From contig JAWLHY010000002.1 of the NCBI GenBank assembly GCA_041690135.1, positions 688,342 through 752,341 of the forward strand: 64,000 nt of DNA. The letters run 5' to 3'. This stretch comes from Armatimonadota bacterium (lineage in GTDB: Bacteria; Armatimonadota; SYMT01). Below the pieces are notes generated by a model. That model worked only from the letters and a program-made list of their open reading frames with translations, was not told where the DNA came from and searched no databases. Below, piece by piece: positions 26,307-39,377 of the stretch (position 1 is the first letter of the stretch; each line of letters opens with the position of its first letter). A program made the translations under genes and the position numbers.

Positions 26307-27788
26307 ATGCGCATAGCCATTGGTGGTTTTTTTCACGAGTCGAACACCTTCTGCCGCCCGTACACCACGCTGGCGGATTACGAACGGACGCGCCTGTACG
26401 CGGGCGAGGAGATGACCGAGCCGCTGCGGGGGACCGATACGGAGATCGGCGGCTTCTTGCGCGGTGCGGACGAGCTCGGGTTCGAGGCGGTGCCTACGTA
26501 CTACGCCTGGGCGTGGCCGGCGGGGCCGCTGACCCAGGACTGCTTCCGGACCATCCTCGACCGGCTGAAGACGGCGATGGAGTCCGCGGCACACGGGGAG
26601 CAGCCGGTGGACGGCGTGCTGCTGCAGCTTCACGGCGCGATGGTGGCGGAAGGGGACGACGATCCGGACGGGACGATCCTGGCGGAGGTGCGGTCCGTCT
26701 TGCCCCCGGGCGTGCCGCTGGTCGCCACCTTTGATTTCCACGCCAACCTCTCTCCCCTCATGGTCGCTTCGTGCGATGCGATGATCGGTTACGATACCTA
26801 TCCGCACGTCGACCTCAACGACCGCGGTCGCGAAGCGGCGGGACTCCTGGTCCGGATGCTGCGCGATGAGATTCACCCATCGATGGCGCTGAGCAAACCG
26901 CCGCTGATGCCGCACATCGTCAAGCAGCGGACGGCCGATGGTCCCATGGCGGAGATGATGGCCCTGGCGCGGGAAGCGGAGCAGGAAGAGGGTGTGCTGC
27001 GGGTCTCCATCGCGGGCGGGTTCGCCTACGCCGACGTGCCGCGCATGGGGGCGGGGGTCGTGGTCATCACCGACGGGGATGAAGAGCTCGCGGCCCACGT
27101 GGCGGAGCGGTTGTCGGAAGAGTACTGGGCTCGGCGCGAAGCCTTCACCGCCGACCTTCCGGACGCGGCCGAGGCGGTGCGGCTGGCGCTGGAGACCGAT
27201 CCTTCGGCCGGTCCCGTGGTGCTGGCCGACCTGGCGGACAACGTGGGCGGCGGCGCCCCGGGAGACGGTACGGAGTTGCTGGCCGAGTTGCTGCGGCAGG
27301 AAGCGAAGGGCGCGCTGGTCCTCCTGGCTGACCCCGATGCTCTGGCGGCTTGCCTGCAGGCGGGGGTACGCGAAACCGTCCGCCTGCGAGTGGGCGGCAA
27401 GGTGGACCGGATGCACGGCGAACCCGTGGAGGTCGAGGGCAAAGTTCGGCTCCTGGCCGACGGCCTGTTCCGGAACATCGGTCCCATGCGGGATGGCCTG
27501 CTGGACGACATGGGCCGGACCGCGGTGGTGGACGTGCGGGGCCTGACGCTGGTACTTACCGAGCGGAAGCTGCCGATGTGGAACCTGGAGCAACTCCGGT
27601 CGGTGGGGGTAGAACCGACGCGTCAGCGGATCATTGTCTGCAAGGGGGCCATCGCCCACCGGGCGGCCTATGCCCCCATCGCGGGCCGCATGCTGGAAGT
27701 GGAGACCGCCGGAAGCTGTGCCGGCGACGTGCGAAAGTTCCGGTATGAGAATATCCGCCGCCCGCTTTATCCGCTCGATCGCTGGTAA
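26307..27788 (+). CDS. M81 family metallopeptidase (MlrC-like)
   Basis: HESNTF, LHGAM, DFHAN, YPHVD, DNVGGGAPGD. Confidence 0.93.
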   Translation: MRIAIGGFFHESNTFCRPYTTLADYERTRLYAGEEMTEPLRGTDTEIGGFLRGADELGFEAVPTYYAWAWPAGPLTQDCFRTILDRLKTAMESAAHGEQPVDGVLLQLHGAMVAEGDDDPDGTILAEVRSVLPPGVPLVATFDFHANLSPLMVASCDAMIGYDTYPHVDLNDRGREAAGLLVRMLRDEIHPSMALSKPPLMPHIVKQRTADGPMAEMMALAREAEQEEGVLRVSIAGGFAYADVPRMGAGVVVITDGDEELAAHVAERLSEEYWARREAFTADLPDAAEAVRLALETDPSAGPVVLADLADNVGGGAPGDGTELLAELLRQEAKGALVLLADPDALAACLQAGVRETVRLRVGGKVDRMHGEPVEVEGKVRLLADGLFRNIGPMRDGLLDDMGRTAVVDVRGLTLVLTERKLPMWNLEQLRSVGVEPTRQRIIVCKGAIAHRAAYAPIAGRMLEVETAGSCAGDVRKFRYENIRRPLYPLDRW

Positions 27789-27977
27789 GTGGGGCCCTGT
27801 CTCGCGCAAAGGTTTACACCCCAAGGGGGTGCGCCAAGCCGCGAAGGAAGAGAGTCCACAGATTACGCAGATGGGAAAGATGATGCCGATGGCGCGGCAA
27901 GACTTCAAAGACGGAGTTCATCTCACTCACCCATCAATCGGAAGTTGCGTAGTAAGTGAACTACTGGTGCCGTCTGG

Positions 27978-28889
27978 TTACTCGCCGAGGTAGGGAGATA
28001 GGGGGAGTTCGGGGAGAGAGGCTTCATCCAGAAGCAGTGGGAGGGGCTGCCGGAGGTCGAGACGCCAGATCGACACGCCACGGCGGAGGAAGGCGGTGCG
28101 GCCATCCCCGCTGATGGCCATCAGGTTGGCGCGGCTGGCCAACTTAAGGGTGCGGGGCGCCGGGTCCTCGGTACGGGCGATGAGATCTCCTTCGGGTTCA
28201 CCATAGCTGTTTCTGGTGAAGTGGATCGTCTCTCCGGCAACCTTCACGGTGTCTCCCTCTCCCGAGGTAGGGGGCATTTCGTCGAGGGCGGGCGAGAGGG
28301 GCGAAGGCACTTCCGTGGCCCAGAGGTCGTCAACTACCTCTTCGTCGGACCACTGGCGGGCGAGTTGGTCCGCCGTCGCTCCGCGGTAGGTCCGGCCGGT
28401 CCGGGGATCGAAGACCCACGGCCCGAGCGGTCCGAGGGACCAGTCGCCGTAGTTGTACGCCCAGAGGTAACGCTCCCCCCGTGGCTCTCCAGCCAGGCGC
28501 CAGAGGTAACGCAAGCGGTCGCCTTCCAATTTCCACGTTCCCTGCCGCGGAAGTGCGGCAAGCGGAGGACGAGTTGACAGGTGGAAGGGCCGGAGACTGC
28601 GGAGCTGCGCCTGGGCGAGGACCCACCACCCGTTCAAATCCGTGGGCGTGCCGGGTGGGGGCGCGGGGGGTTCACCCCAGTCGGCGGTCACCAGCCAACC
28701 CGAGGCGCCCGTAGCCTGAATCGAGACGTTGGCGGTCTCGGGGGTGGCGAAGAGGCGGCGCTCCACGCCTACGGGGGTCCGCCGTGGGAACGGCTGGGTC
28801 CGCAGCCAGTAGTAGAGGGGAGAGGCCACTGCCGCCACGCACCCGAGGCAGAAGCGGAGCCGGGGAGCTGCCAAGAGGTTGCGGTTCAT
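27978..28889 (-). CDS. Hypothetical membrane-anchored protein
   Basis: N-terminal hydrophobic segment; ATG overlaps the TPR gene stop. Confidence 0.6.
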   Translation of the reverse strand: MNRNLLAAPRLRFCLGCVAAVASPLYYWLRTQPFPRRTPVGVERRLFATPETANVSIQATGASGWLVTADWGEPPAPPPGTPTDLNGWWVLAQAQLRSLRPFHLSTRPPLAALPRQGTWKLEGDRLRYLWRLAGEPRGERYLWAYNYGDWSLGPLGPWVFDPRTGRTYRGATADQLARQWSDEEVVDDLWATEVPSPLSPALDEMPPTSGEGDTVKVAGETIHFTRNSYGEPEGDLIARTEDPAPRTLKLASRANLMAISGDGRTAFLRRGVSIWRLDLRQPLPLLLDEASLPELPLSPYLGE

Positions 28890-31117
28890 TTAGCCTCCTG
28901 CTTCGCTTCCACTGGCGGGCCGCCGAACCGGCGCGCGGCCGGCGCCAGCGGGCTCTCCGGATACTCCCGCTGGAGGTGCCGGTAGAACTGGATCGCCTTC
29001 CCCGTGTGGTTTTCCTTCCGCCGGTGACCCCAGTAGGTGTCCAGGGTGGCGAGGAAGGTGTGGCACAGCGCGGCTGAATAGAGGGACTGGGGAGCCTGCG
29101 GAGTCTTTGGGTAGTTCCGGACGATCCGCTCGAACCGCCACAGGGCCTGGAAAAGCGCGGCGTGTTCCTCGTGATACCGGCGGAGCTTTCGCTGCTCGGA
29201 AGCGGGAAGCTCCTTGCCTGGCTGCTCGACGTTGTGCGGACCCCCCTGGATATCGAAGGCGAGGGACCGCTCGCCCTTCCAGAGAATGCTGTTGTAGAAA
29301 AGGAGATGGCGGCCGTGGAAGACGTAGCGCGCCGCCTCGTAGGCCCAGTGCGCCCGTACCGCGTCCGTCTTCGCCGTCGCCTCTTTGCGGGCGCACTGTC
29401 CGAGATATCGCGCTGTCTCCAGGGGCGGGGGAACGGCCTTTCCCCGGCTGGAGGTGCGGGGGTAGGCCTGCTCGGCCGTTGCCAACCAGGCGCCCAGGGA
29501 AGCAAGCACCTTCTCCGCCTCGCTGTAATTCCCTGTTCGCAACAGCCGGAGACCCAGGGAGTAGCGGATAAGCCGGGTGCGCGGGTGGCGGGGGTAACGC
29601 CGGAGGAAGGTGCGAAGGTCTTCCGGAGTAGCGAGACAATCGACCAGGTAGCCGTAGTCCGGCCGGTACTCCAGGTCCAGGTAATGGCGGATAGCGTTAG
29701 GGTAGTCCTGCAGACGCTCGCTCAGGACGGCCGCTGCCTCGCGGGCGCCCCGGCGCATCTTGGGAAGGGCGGCCTCGCGTGTGAGGCGTTCATACTGCTC
29801 CAGGGCCTCCCGGTCGCGCTTCAGGTGGCTGAGCGCCAGGGCCAGTTGCCAGCGGGCCTGGTCTCGGGCTCCTCCCGCTGAACTGCGTTCCACCGCGCGG
29901 GTTGCCAGGCGGTGCGCGTTGGCGTGGCGGCCGGCCCGGTCTTCGATGACCGATAGGTGGTTAAGGAGTCGCGCCGAGAGGCCGGCTTGAGGTTCGCGGT
30001 CCAGCAACTGGAGCGCGTACTGCCCGAACCGGTGGAGACCTCGCGTCCCGGCACGACCGTAGTACAGGTTCAGGTCGAGGTAGATCGCCGCCGCTTCGGG
30101 CTCGCGCAGCGCCAGCTTCTGGAAGGCTTCATGGTCGGCCAGTGTCATCCGGCGGAGACACCAGCGGGCGGACGTCCAGGCCGGGAGGCGTTCCTCTCCC
30201 GCTGAGAGCGCGGCGATCTGGCGGCAATACCGCAGGAGGGCCTGGGGGTAGTCCCCCAGCCGGAAATAACAGGCTCCCGCCATCCCGGCGGCATCGAGAC
30301 CCAGGTGGCCTTTCGGCTGCAGGCGGCTGCAAGTATCGTACGCCTCCGCCGCCCGGCGCAGCAGGGGGCGCTGGGTGGGGAGTGCGGGCGCGGGGAGATC
30401 CCCCTCCTCGGCGGTCGCGAGTACCTGGCGGTACGGAATCCGCCCCAGCATATAGTGGGCTGTCGGGTGATCGGGACGACGCTGGACCAGCTTCTGGTAG
30501 GTCCGTTCCGCGGCTTCGAGTTGTCCCGCGTGGAAGAGCAGTGCGGCGCGTAGGTACTCCGCTTGCGTGCGGAAGGGCTCCGCCTTGAGCCGGGTGAGGA
30601 TCCTCGCGGCTTCGGCGTACTGGCCCGCATCCGCGTGGTCACGCGCCTGGAGGTAGGTCCGCAGTCCGAGCGTGTGTTCCGGCCCATCCCACGCGTGGAG
30701 CGCGGCGATCCGATCCGGTAGGGATGGTTTTGCCTCCTGGGGAGAGGGTGGGCTGTCGTAACTGCCGGAGGCGGAATGGGCGGCCTGCCGGTGCCGTTCC
30801 TGCCATTGGGTCCAGATTCGCGCCGCCCGTGAGAACTCCCCCTGCCGTTCCGCCGCTCTCGCGGTTCGTTCCAGCTGGCGGAGCTTTTCGTCGGGATCCG
30901 TCCAGTTCGTCGGTCCCAGGGCACGTTTCTCGGACGGACTGCCGATCCAGGGCTGGGGCATCCGCAGGAAGTCCGGGCGCGCCGCGTGGAAGTGCACCGA
31001 GCGATACTCCAGTTCGAAACAGGCCGTCAGGGGCGCGGCCACCCCTCCGGCGATGAGGGCCCCATAAAGGAGCCGCCGTATGCTCCTGGAGATAGGACGA
31101 TTGGCTGGTTCAGTCAC
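28886..31117 (-). CDS. Exported TPR-repeat protein (BamD/YfiO-like C-terminal repeats)
   Basis: N-terminal TM; TPR-like helices; recurring ...YP.TP.A / YPESPLA motifs. Confidence 0.75.
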   Translation of the reverse strand: MTEPANRPISRSIRRLLYGALIAGGVAAPLTACFELEYRSVHFHAARPDFLRMPQPWIGSPSEKRALGPTNWTDPDEKLRQLERTARAAERQGEFSRAARIWTQWQERHRQAAHSASGSYDSPPSPQEAKPSLPDRIAALHAWDGPEHTLGLRTYLQARDHADAGQYAEAARILTRLKAEPFRTQAEYLRAALLFHAGQLEAAERTYQKLVQRRPDHPTAHYMLGRIPYRQVLATAEEGDLPAPALPTQRPLLRRAAEAYDTCSRLQPKGHLGLDAAGMAGACYFRLGDYPQALLRYCRQIAALSAGEERLPAWTSARWCLRRMTLADHEAFQKLALREPEAAAIYLDLNLYYGRAGTRGLHRFGQYALQLLDREPQAGLSARLLNHLSVIEDRAGRHANAHRLATRAVERSSAGGARDQARWQLALALSHLKRDREALEQYERLTREAALPKMRRGAREAAAVLSERLQDYPNAIRHYLDLEYRPDYGYLVDCLATPEDLRTFLRRYPRHPRTRLIRYSLGLRLLRTGNYSEAEKVLASLGAWLATAEQAYPRTSSRGKAVPPPLETARYLGQCARKEATAKTDAVRAHWAYEAARYVFHGRHLLFYNSILWKGERSLAFDIQGGPHNVEQPGKELPASEQRKLRRYHEEHAALFQALWRFERIVRNYPKTPQAPQSLYSAALCHTFLATLDTYWGHRRKENHTGKAIQFYRHLQREYPESPLAPAARRFGGPPVEAKQEAK

Positions 31118-32621
31118 CGGCCGGTCCCTCCGAATGCGCTGCGCGGGTAACCGGCGCCAGGCGCACCACGGTGAGTTGGGGCCCGGCGGGGCTGGTCCAG
31201 CTCAAACGGGCGGTCACCGGACTCCGGGGGCGAAGGATACTGCACGGCTCCCAATCCACCCCCGGCCGCACCAAAGGAACGTCGAAACGCACCCGGTCGG
31301 CTCGCAAGGGTGATGCAGGAGCTTCTCCCAGGTACCAGGTCGCCGGAGCGGTGGCCTCGACTTCGCCATCGCCGGGGGCGACTTCGAGCCGGATCGAGGG
31401 CCCCAGCCGGGGCGGGTCCGGGTGCGGGTTGTGGACGCGCACCCGGACCCGCTCGCCCTCTCGGCTCAGGCGGATCTGCAGTGCCGCTGGTTCGGAGGCG
31501 CGGAAGGCCCTCGTTGCCGCCTTGAGCGCGACGGGCGCGAGGCCGAGGGGTTCCTCCGGGGCGGGCCAGCGGAAGAGGCAGACGCCTTCTACGCCGGGAA
31601 TGCGGGCGGAAGCGAGGCTCCGCACGGCGGCCCGCAGCCCCTCGATGCGGGGCCATTGAAACCAGAGCGACGTGCCGGGCGGGAACTCCAGGGAGCCGGA
31701 CCAGGCGCTCTCGCGGTTCCAAAGCAGCAGACTGTCTTCCACGGCAAAGCCCGGCTGTCTTTCCTGCGGAACCGCATCTCGGGTCGCCGCCTGGCGTACT
31801 TCCCAGGCCGGGTCCGCCAGCAGGCTCTCGGGCTGGAGGTCGTGGCGCTCACCGGCGAATCCCCCGCGGTCGTCCATCACCAGGCAGCGGCCGTACGCGG
31901 GGAGACCGGCCCAGACCCGTGCCCGACCCGCAACGCTGCGGCGAACTTGCGCCAGAAGATCCTCCGCTTCCCAGAGCGCGGGGGGCTCGCGACCGTCTCG
32001 CGGCAGGCGGTTTCCGTAAAACTGGGGAGTGATCTCATCGGCGGCTCCACAGAGGCCCGCATAATCGCGGGAGCGGAGCCAATCCGGGAGGGCGGTGAGG
32101 CCCAGCGCGGTGCTTGGCTGCAGGATGGGACGAAGGCGGGTCAGGAATTCCCGGTAATCCGCGAGGCGTGCAGTAGGCACGTCCGCATCCCATTGGACTC
32201 CTTCTACTGCCCGAGGAAGCGCGGCCTCGCGCACGAGGTCGGCCGCCTGTTTCGCTCCTCCAGTGGCGAGGAGGAGGTCGATAGCCCCGGAATGGACTCG
32301 GAACACGGCGTGGATAGGGACGGGCGAGGTGACCTGCCACTGCTGGCGCGCAATCAGCTTCAGGCGCTCCCCGCGGCGGACGACAGTTCCGGCCAGGACA
32401 TAGAGACGGTCCACTTCCGCCGCCTGGAGAGCCTGGAGTTCGCGGTCGTCGAATTGAAACGGCCGGTGCCAGTACCAGTAGGCGGTCCGGAGACGGGGCG
32501 GCGGGCCGGCCTCCGGACGGTTCACCGCCATCACCACCGCTCCCACCGCCGCCGCGGCTCCGAGCAGTTTCAGGGTGGCAGCCAGTCTTGTGTGAGGCGA
32601 TGGAGTGGGCATCGTAGGCAT
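31110..32621 (-). CDS. DUF3142 domain protein (GH18-like TIM barrel)
   Basis: YWYWH, GVQWDADVPTARL..Y..FL..LR, TALPDWL, AGLPAYG, FRWP. Confidence 0.75.
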   Translation of the reverse strand: MPTMPTPSPHTRLAATLKLLGAAAAVGAVVMAVNRPEAGPPPRLRTAYWYWHRPFQFDDRELQALQAAEVDRLYVLAGTVVRRGERLKLIARQQWQVTSPVPIHAVFRVHSGAIDLLLATGGAKQAADLVREAALPRAVEGVQWDADVPTARLADYREFLTRLRPILQPSTALGLTALPDWLRSRDYAGLCGAADEITPQFYGNRLPRDGREPPALWEAEDLLAQVRRSVAGRARVWAGLPAYGRCLVMDDRGGFAGERHDLQPESLLADPAWEVRQAATRDAVPQERQPGFAVEDSLLLWNRESAWSGSLEFPPGTSLWFQWPRIEGLRAAVRSLASARIPGVEGVCLFRWPAPEEPLGLAPVALKAATRAFRASEPAALQIRLSREGERVRVRVHNPHPDPPRLGPSIRLEVAPGDGEVEATAPATWYLGEAPASPLRADRVRFDVPLVRPGVDWEPCSILRPRSPVTARLSWTSPAGPQLTVVRLAPVTRAAHSEGPAGD

Positions 32622-32644
32622 GCGGCCAATGGGGAAAGGTCAGG

Positions 32645-33532
32645 TCAGTCCGTGGTCAGGCTCCGGGTCCAGCGAACCACGGCGCGCAGGCCCGCCACGC
32701 TCACGAGGACGCAGCCCAGCAGGAACCAGAGCCACTCCGGTACGAGGGGGAGGACCAGCGGACTGCCGACCGGCTCGAACAGGACCAACTGCGTCACCTG
32801 CCACACCGGGCTGCCGTACCACCAGAGGTTCTCTCCCCGGACAAAGAATTGCGGCAACGAGACGAGCGCCAGCCAGAAGACGCTGCCGGTGGCGAGATAG
32901 GCTGCGGTGACGGCTGCCAGCGTCCGCCGAAACCGGACGGAGCACCAGAGGCAACCGGCTGCCACCGTACCATTAGCGGCCAGCAGCACCAGGAGCAATA
33001 GGGGGCCCTTTTCGACCGGCAGCCGGGCGGCATGGAGTGCCGGCACCAGAACGGGCAGAGTGAGCCCCAGCAGTCGAACGGCGGGCCAGAGCACGGCCAC
33101 GTACTTGGCGGCCACCAGTTGCCCCGGCGTGAGCGAGGTCAACAGCAGGTCGGCCCAGGCCTGGCGTTCCCGCTCTCCGGCGATCGCCGCCGCGGCAGGG
33201 CCGGGGAGGAGCGCCGTTACGGCAAGGAGGTACCCCAGCAGCACCACCAGCAAGAAGGCTCGCGCCTCCCACGGTGATCGGCCGTCGGCGCTCAACCAGT
33301 GGGCCACCCCGGCATAGAGGGCGATGAGCAGCAGCAGCCCGATCCAGCGCATGGACTCCCGTACCCACTCCCGGCGTCCCGTACCGGGTCGCTCCGGTCG
33401 CCGGCGCAAGAGCCACTCGCGATCGAGTGCCGGATTGGACCAGAGCCAGTCCCGCGGGCTCAGCCGATCCCGGAGTGGCGGCGATTCAGAAAGATGCATG
33501 GGAGTCGGATTGGAGAGGAACGATGGCGCCAC
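32645..33532 (-). CDS. ABC-2-type transporter permease
   Basis: NP.L.RE, AAAIAGERERQAW..LLLT.L...LV.AK, about six TMs; start may be ATG 33499. Confidence 0.8.
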   Translation of the reverse strand: MAPSFLSNPTPMHLSESPPLRDRLSPRDWLWSNPALDREWLLRRRPERPGTGRREWVRESMRWIGLLLLIALYAGVAHWLSADGRSPWEARAFLLVVLLGYLLAVTALLPGPAAAAIAGERERQAWADLLLTSLTPGQLVAAKYVAVLWPAVRLLGLTLPVLVPALHAARLPVEKGPLLLLVLLAANGTVAAGCLWCSVRFRRTLAAVTAAYLATGSVFWLALVSLPQFFVRGENLWWYGSPVWQVTQLVLFEPVGSPLVLPLVPEWLWFLLGCVLVSVAGLRAVVRWTRSLTTD

Positions 33533-35565
33533 TTACATCTTCGCCGGAAAACGGGTGGAACGGCAGCAAGCCGCTTACGTAAGAGCAGCCGGTGTTGAAC
33601 TCCCAAATTATTTCCGGAATCGGATAAGGATTCGTATTGAACCCAATGGGTGCGGACGTTGCGACCGGTGGGGATCTGCCAGGTGGGATCAGTGCCGCGG
33701 GCGAAGACATGGGTATCCTGGCGGTCACCCCGGTCGTCGGTCCAGGCAAAGGTCACCTTCGTGGCATCCTGGGTGGGCACGCGGTAGCTGAGGTGCAATT
33801 CCCCGCGGGCGTAGATCCGGCCTCCGTTATTGCTGAACCGCACCCGAATGGGGCCGCGGGTGGGCCGGGGTAGTGCCAGGGAGCCCCAGCACAGGCTCTG
33901 CGACCAGAAGTCGGGTGGGTCCTCCCCTCGCCGCGAGATCGTCCAATCCTTGACCACCGGCTGCCACGTCCGCCCGCTATCGAGGGAGTAGTCGATCTGA
34001 TAGCGTATGCGGGGATCCGGGGGATTGCCGGAATTGACGTGGGCGGCGGCGTGGATGGTGGTGGCCTCCGTTCCGCGAGGAGCGGCCAGTTCCAGGGTGA
34101 CCGTCCGCGTTCCAAAAGCGCCGTCCACGACATGGCTCTGTGCCTGGGGGAGCGTGGGGCCGGCGGAGACCACCGCCTGGCCGGAAGCCTGGAACTCTAC
34201 GCGGTTGCCTCCCTCGCCGAGCCGCGGGAGGACGGAACTGTTGGCCTGGCACACGGTGGTGATGACCAGCCGCGAACCGCGGAGAGCGGGGGCTCCGGCG
34301 CCCAACTTCAACCAGTACTGCCGGTGTCCCTTCACGGGGTCGGTGAGGTCCATCCGGTCGCGGAGGGGGCCGCATGGCTTCCAGGTCCGGCCGCGGTCCA
34401 CGGAAACGGAGACGGGGCAGTCGGCGCGGCCTCGCAGCACCAGGCCGTTCCGCCCGCCGGGAGCGTAGATGCCCCAGGCGGATGCATCTGGCGGCGTGGT
34501 GCCGATGATGTACGGGGATTGGAATTCGAAGACGACGTGGGAGTCGCTCTCTTCCACGATTCCCTCCCGGTAGTCGCCGCGAAAGTCCGGACGGTAAGTA
34601 TAGACGGCGTTGGCGTACCGTGCCTGACCCTCCCGGTACGGTACGCCGGTGCGGGAGCGGTACATCTTCTCCGGCTGGTTCACCCAGGTGAGGGAGCGCT
34701 CCGGCCCTGGAATTCCTCGCGTGTTGTAGTTGCGCCCCCAGAACACAAAGGTCTTGCCGTCTTCGAGGCCGGGTTCGAGGTAGCGGCGCAGCGTTTCTCC
34801 GCGGCGGAGGTGGACCATCGGCGGGGGCCCGGCATAGCCGGCGAGGTACTCCGCCACCCGAAAGGCGCCGTACACCCCGCCATCTCCGGGGTGGAGCCCG
34901 CAGACGAGCCAACCGTTCTGCCTTTCCGGAAGAAAGGTGCGGTCCGTCAGGCGCTTCAGGTCCCGCTGGACCTCCGAAATGGAGAGCAACGCCGTGCCCG
35001 CGGGATTGAAGATCACTGTGGAGAGATCGTGGTCGAGCAGCGCCCACTTCCCCTCGCCGTAGAGACCGCCGGTGAGGAACACCTCGAACGAGTTATGGCC
35101 CTCCACGCCGACGCCCCGGCCTCGCCCGGGCCCGAAAAGCGCGTGCATCTCGGCGACCCACTGGGAGTGTGTGGTCCCGCAGAGGCCAAAGCCATGGGCG
35201 AAAAGGCCGGTCCAGTACTCCCGGGTGCGCAGGTCCTGTCCCACCTGAAAGCCGCGCCCCCAGAGGTCCTCCGCGCCTTCCTCTCCATGCCAGTAGTGAG
35301 TGTTGCGCCAGAGCCAGGACGCGAGTGCCTTCTGCTCGTCGGTCCGGACCTCCTGCCCCGTCACCCGGCGGTAGAGCTCCGCCTGGGTGGCGAAGAGCCG
35401 GGGATAGGTCGACATGGCCAGCTCACCGGGATACCAGGGGTGGTTCGTTTTCAATTGCGGGTCGCCGACGCCGGCCTGTGCGGGCTGGGACACCAACACC
35501 GCCGCCAGCACCAGGAGGCGCCACCCACTCGTAATCCGCTCGTCTCGGTTCCCCCAACACCGCAT
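33460..35565 (-). CDS. Secreted hypothetical protein with transglutaminase-like core and beta-rich domains
   Basis: Signal ending AQA; GFGLCGTTH...GH...EV...W.LLD (Cys-His-Asp). Confidence 0.65.
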   Translation of the reverse strand: MRCWGNRDERITSGWRLLVLAAVLVSQPAQAGVGDPQLKTNHPWYPGELAMSTYPRLFATQAELYRRVTGQEVRTDEQKALASWLWRNTHYWHGEEGAEDLWGRGFQVGQDLRTREYWTGLFAHGFGLCGTTHSQWVAEMHALFGPGRGRGVGVEGHNSFEVFLTGGLYGEGKWALLDHDLSTVIFNPAGTALLSISEVQRDLKRLTDRTFLPERQNGWLVCGLHPGDGGVYGAFRVAEYLAGYAGPPPMVHLRRGETLRRYLEPGLEDGKTFVFWGRNYNTRGIPGPERSLTWVNQPEKMYRSRTGVPYREGQARYANAVYTYRPDFRGDYREGIVEESDSHVVFEFQSPYIIGTTPPDASAWGIYAPGGRNGLVLRGRADCPVSVSVDRGRTWKPCGPLRDRMDLTDPVKGHRQYWLKLGAGAPALRGSRLVITTVCQANSSVLPRLGEGGNRVEFQASGQAVVSAGPTLPQAQSHVVDGAFGTRTVTLELAAPRGTEATTIHAAAHVNSGNPPDPRIRYQIDYSLDSGRTWQPVVKDWTISRRGEDPPDFWSQSLCWGSLALPRPTRGPIRVRFSNNGGRIYARGELHLSYRVPTQDATKVTFAWTDDRGDRQDTHVFARGTDPTWQIPTGRNVRTHWVQYESLSDSGNNLGVQHRLLLRKRLAAVPPVFRRRCKWRHRSSPIRLPCIFLNRRHSGIG

Positions 35566-35816
35566 GCTTGCGCCCCCTCGTTTCCTCGTTTCCCCCATAA
35601 CCACGGTTAGCTTTCACCCCATCAAGAACGGATTCCTGTACCCACTACCGGGGGGGCGGACCTGGGTACACTGAAACGGGCCTACCCGAAGTGCGGCTAT
35701 TCAAAGATCGTGACCAGGGTCCCTTGAGCTTTAGTGGAATGAGGCCGATTTGGATAGGGGGACCTAAGGATCGTGAACACAGGCCCTTTCCTAGGTCTCC
35801 AGCCGGTGTCGTATTT

Positions 35817-38825
<3,009 letters not shown>

Positions 38826-38867
38826 CGGTCCTTACCGCACCCCCCGCGGTAGGCTCGTCCGCCCACT

Positions 38868-39098
38868 TCAGCGCTGGAACGCCCGGAGCACTTCTCCCAG
38901 CTTCCCAAACAACTGCGCTTCCACGGCCGGGTCCGCATCGGTCGAAGCCGCCGAGCAGAGCAACAAGACCGCCTCCGCTTCCTGCTGGGTAAGCCACAAC
39001 GGCAGGAGTGATTGGGCCGGGGCGGGCCCCGAAGGTTCCCCGTGCGTCTCTTTGGGATGGTGTCGCTGGATGCGAATGGCGGTTGCGCTCTCCATCAT
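38868..39098 (-). CDS. Small hypothetical protein
   Basis: Short ORF with helical C-terminus; possible RBS upstream. Confidence 0.45.
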   Translation of the reverse strand: MMESATAIRIQRHHPKETHGEPSGPAPAQSLLPLWLTQQEAEAVLLLCSAASTDADPAVEAQLFGKLGEVLRAFQR

Positions 39099-39377
39099 TT
39101 CGGACACTCCTGGCGCTCGTTGGCGCGGCGTGCGGCCCCGGTCGCCCCGGGAGCCGCGATCTACTTCTCCCCTATGATGGACTTTCCACAGCACACCTAG
39201 GTGTGAAATACGTCACGCTCCTGTGGTGGAGCGGACTATGCGCCAGAAGAATGTATCCAGTGGTTGAACGTTGAACGATCTAACACCCGTCCGCCCGGAG
39301 ATGCAAGTGAGTTCTCTGGCGCTGCGAACAAAGGCGCGGGTCAACCTACCGGTTCACGGCAGGCCAAGACAGGTCTT

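Noticed and set aside
26307-27788. Microcystin degradation cluster
   Set aside because: M81 peptidases are widespread and there is no mlrA, mlrB or mlrD in the window.
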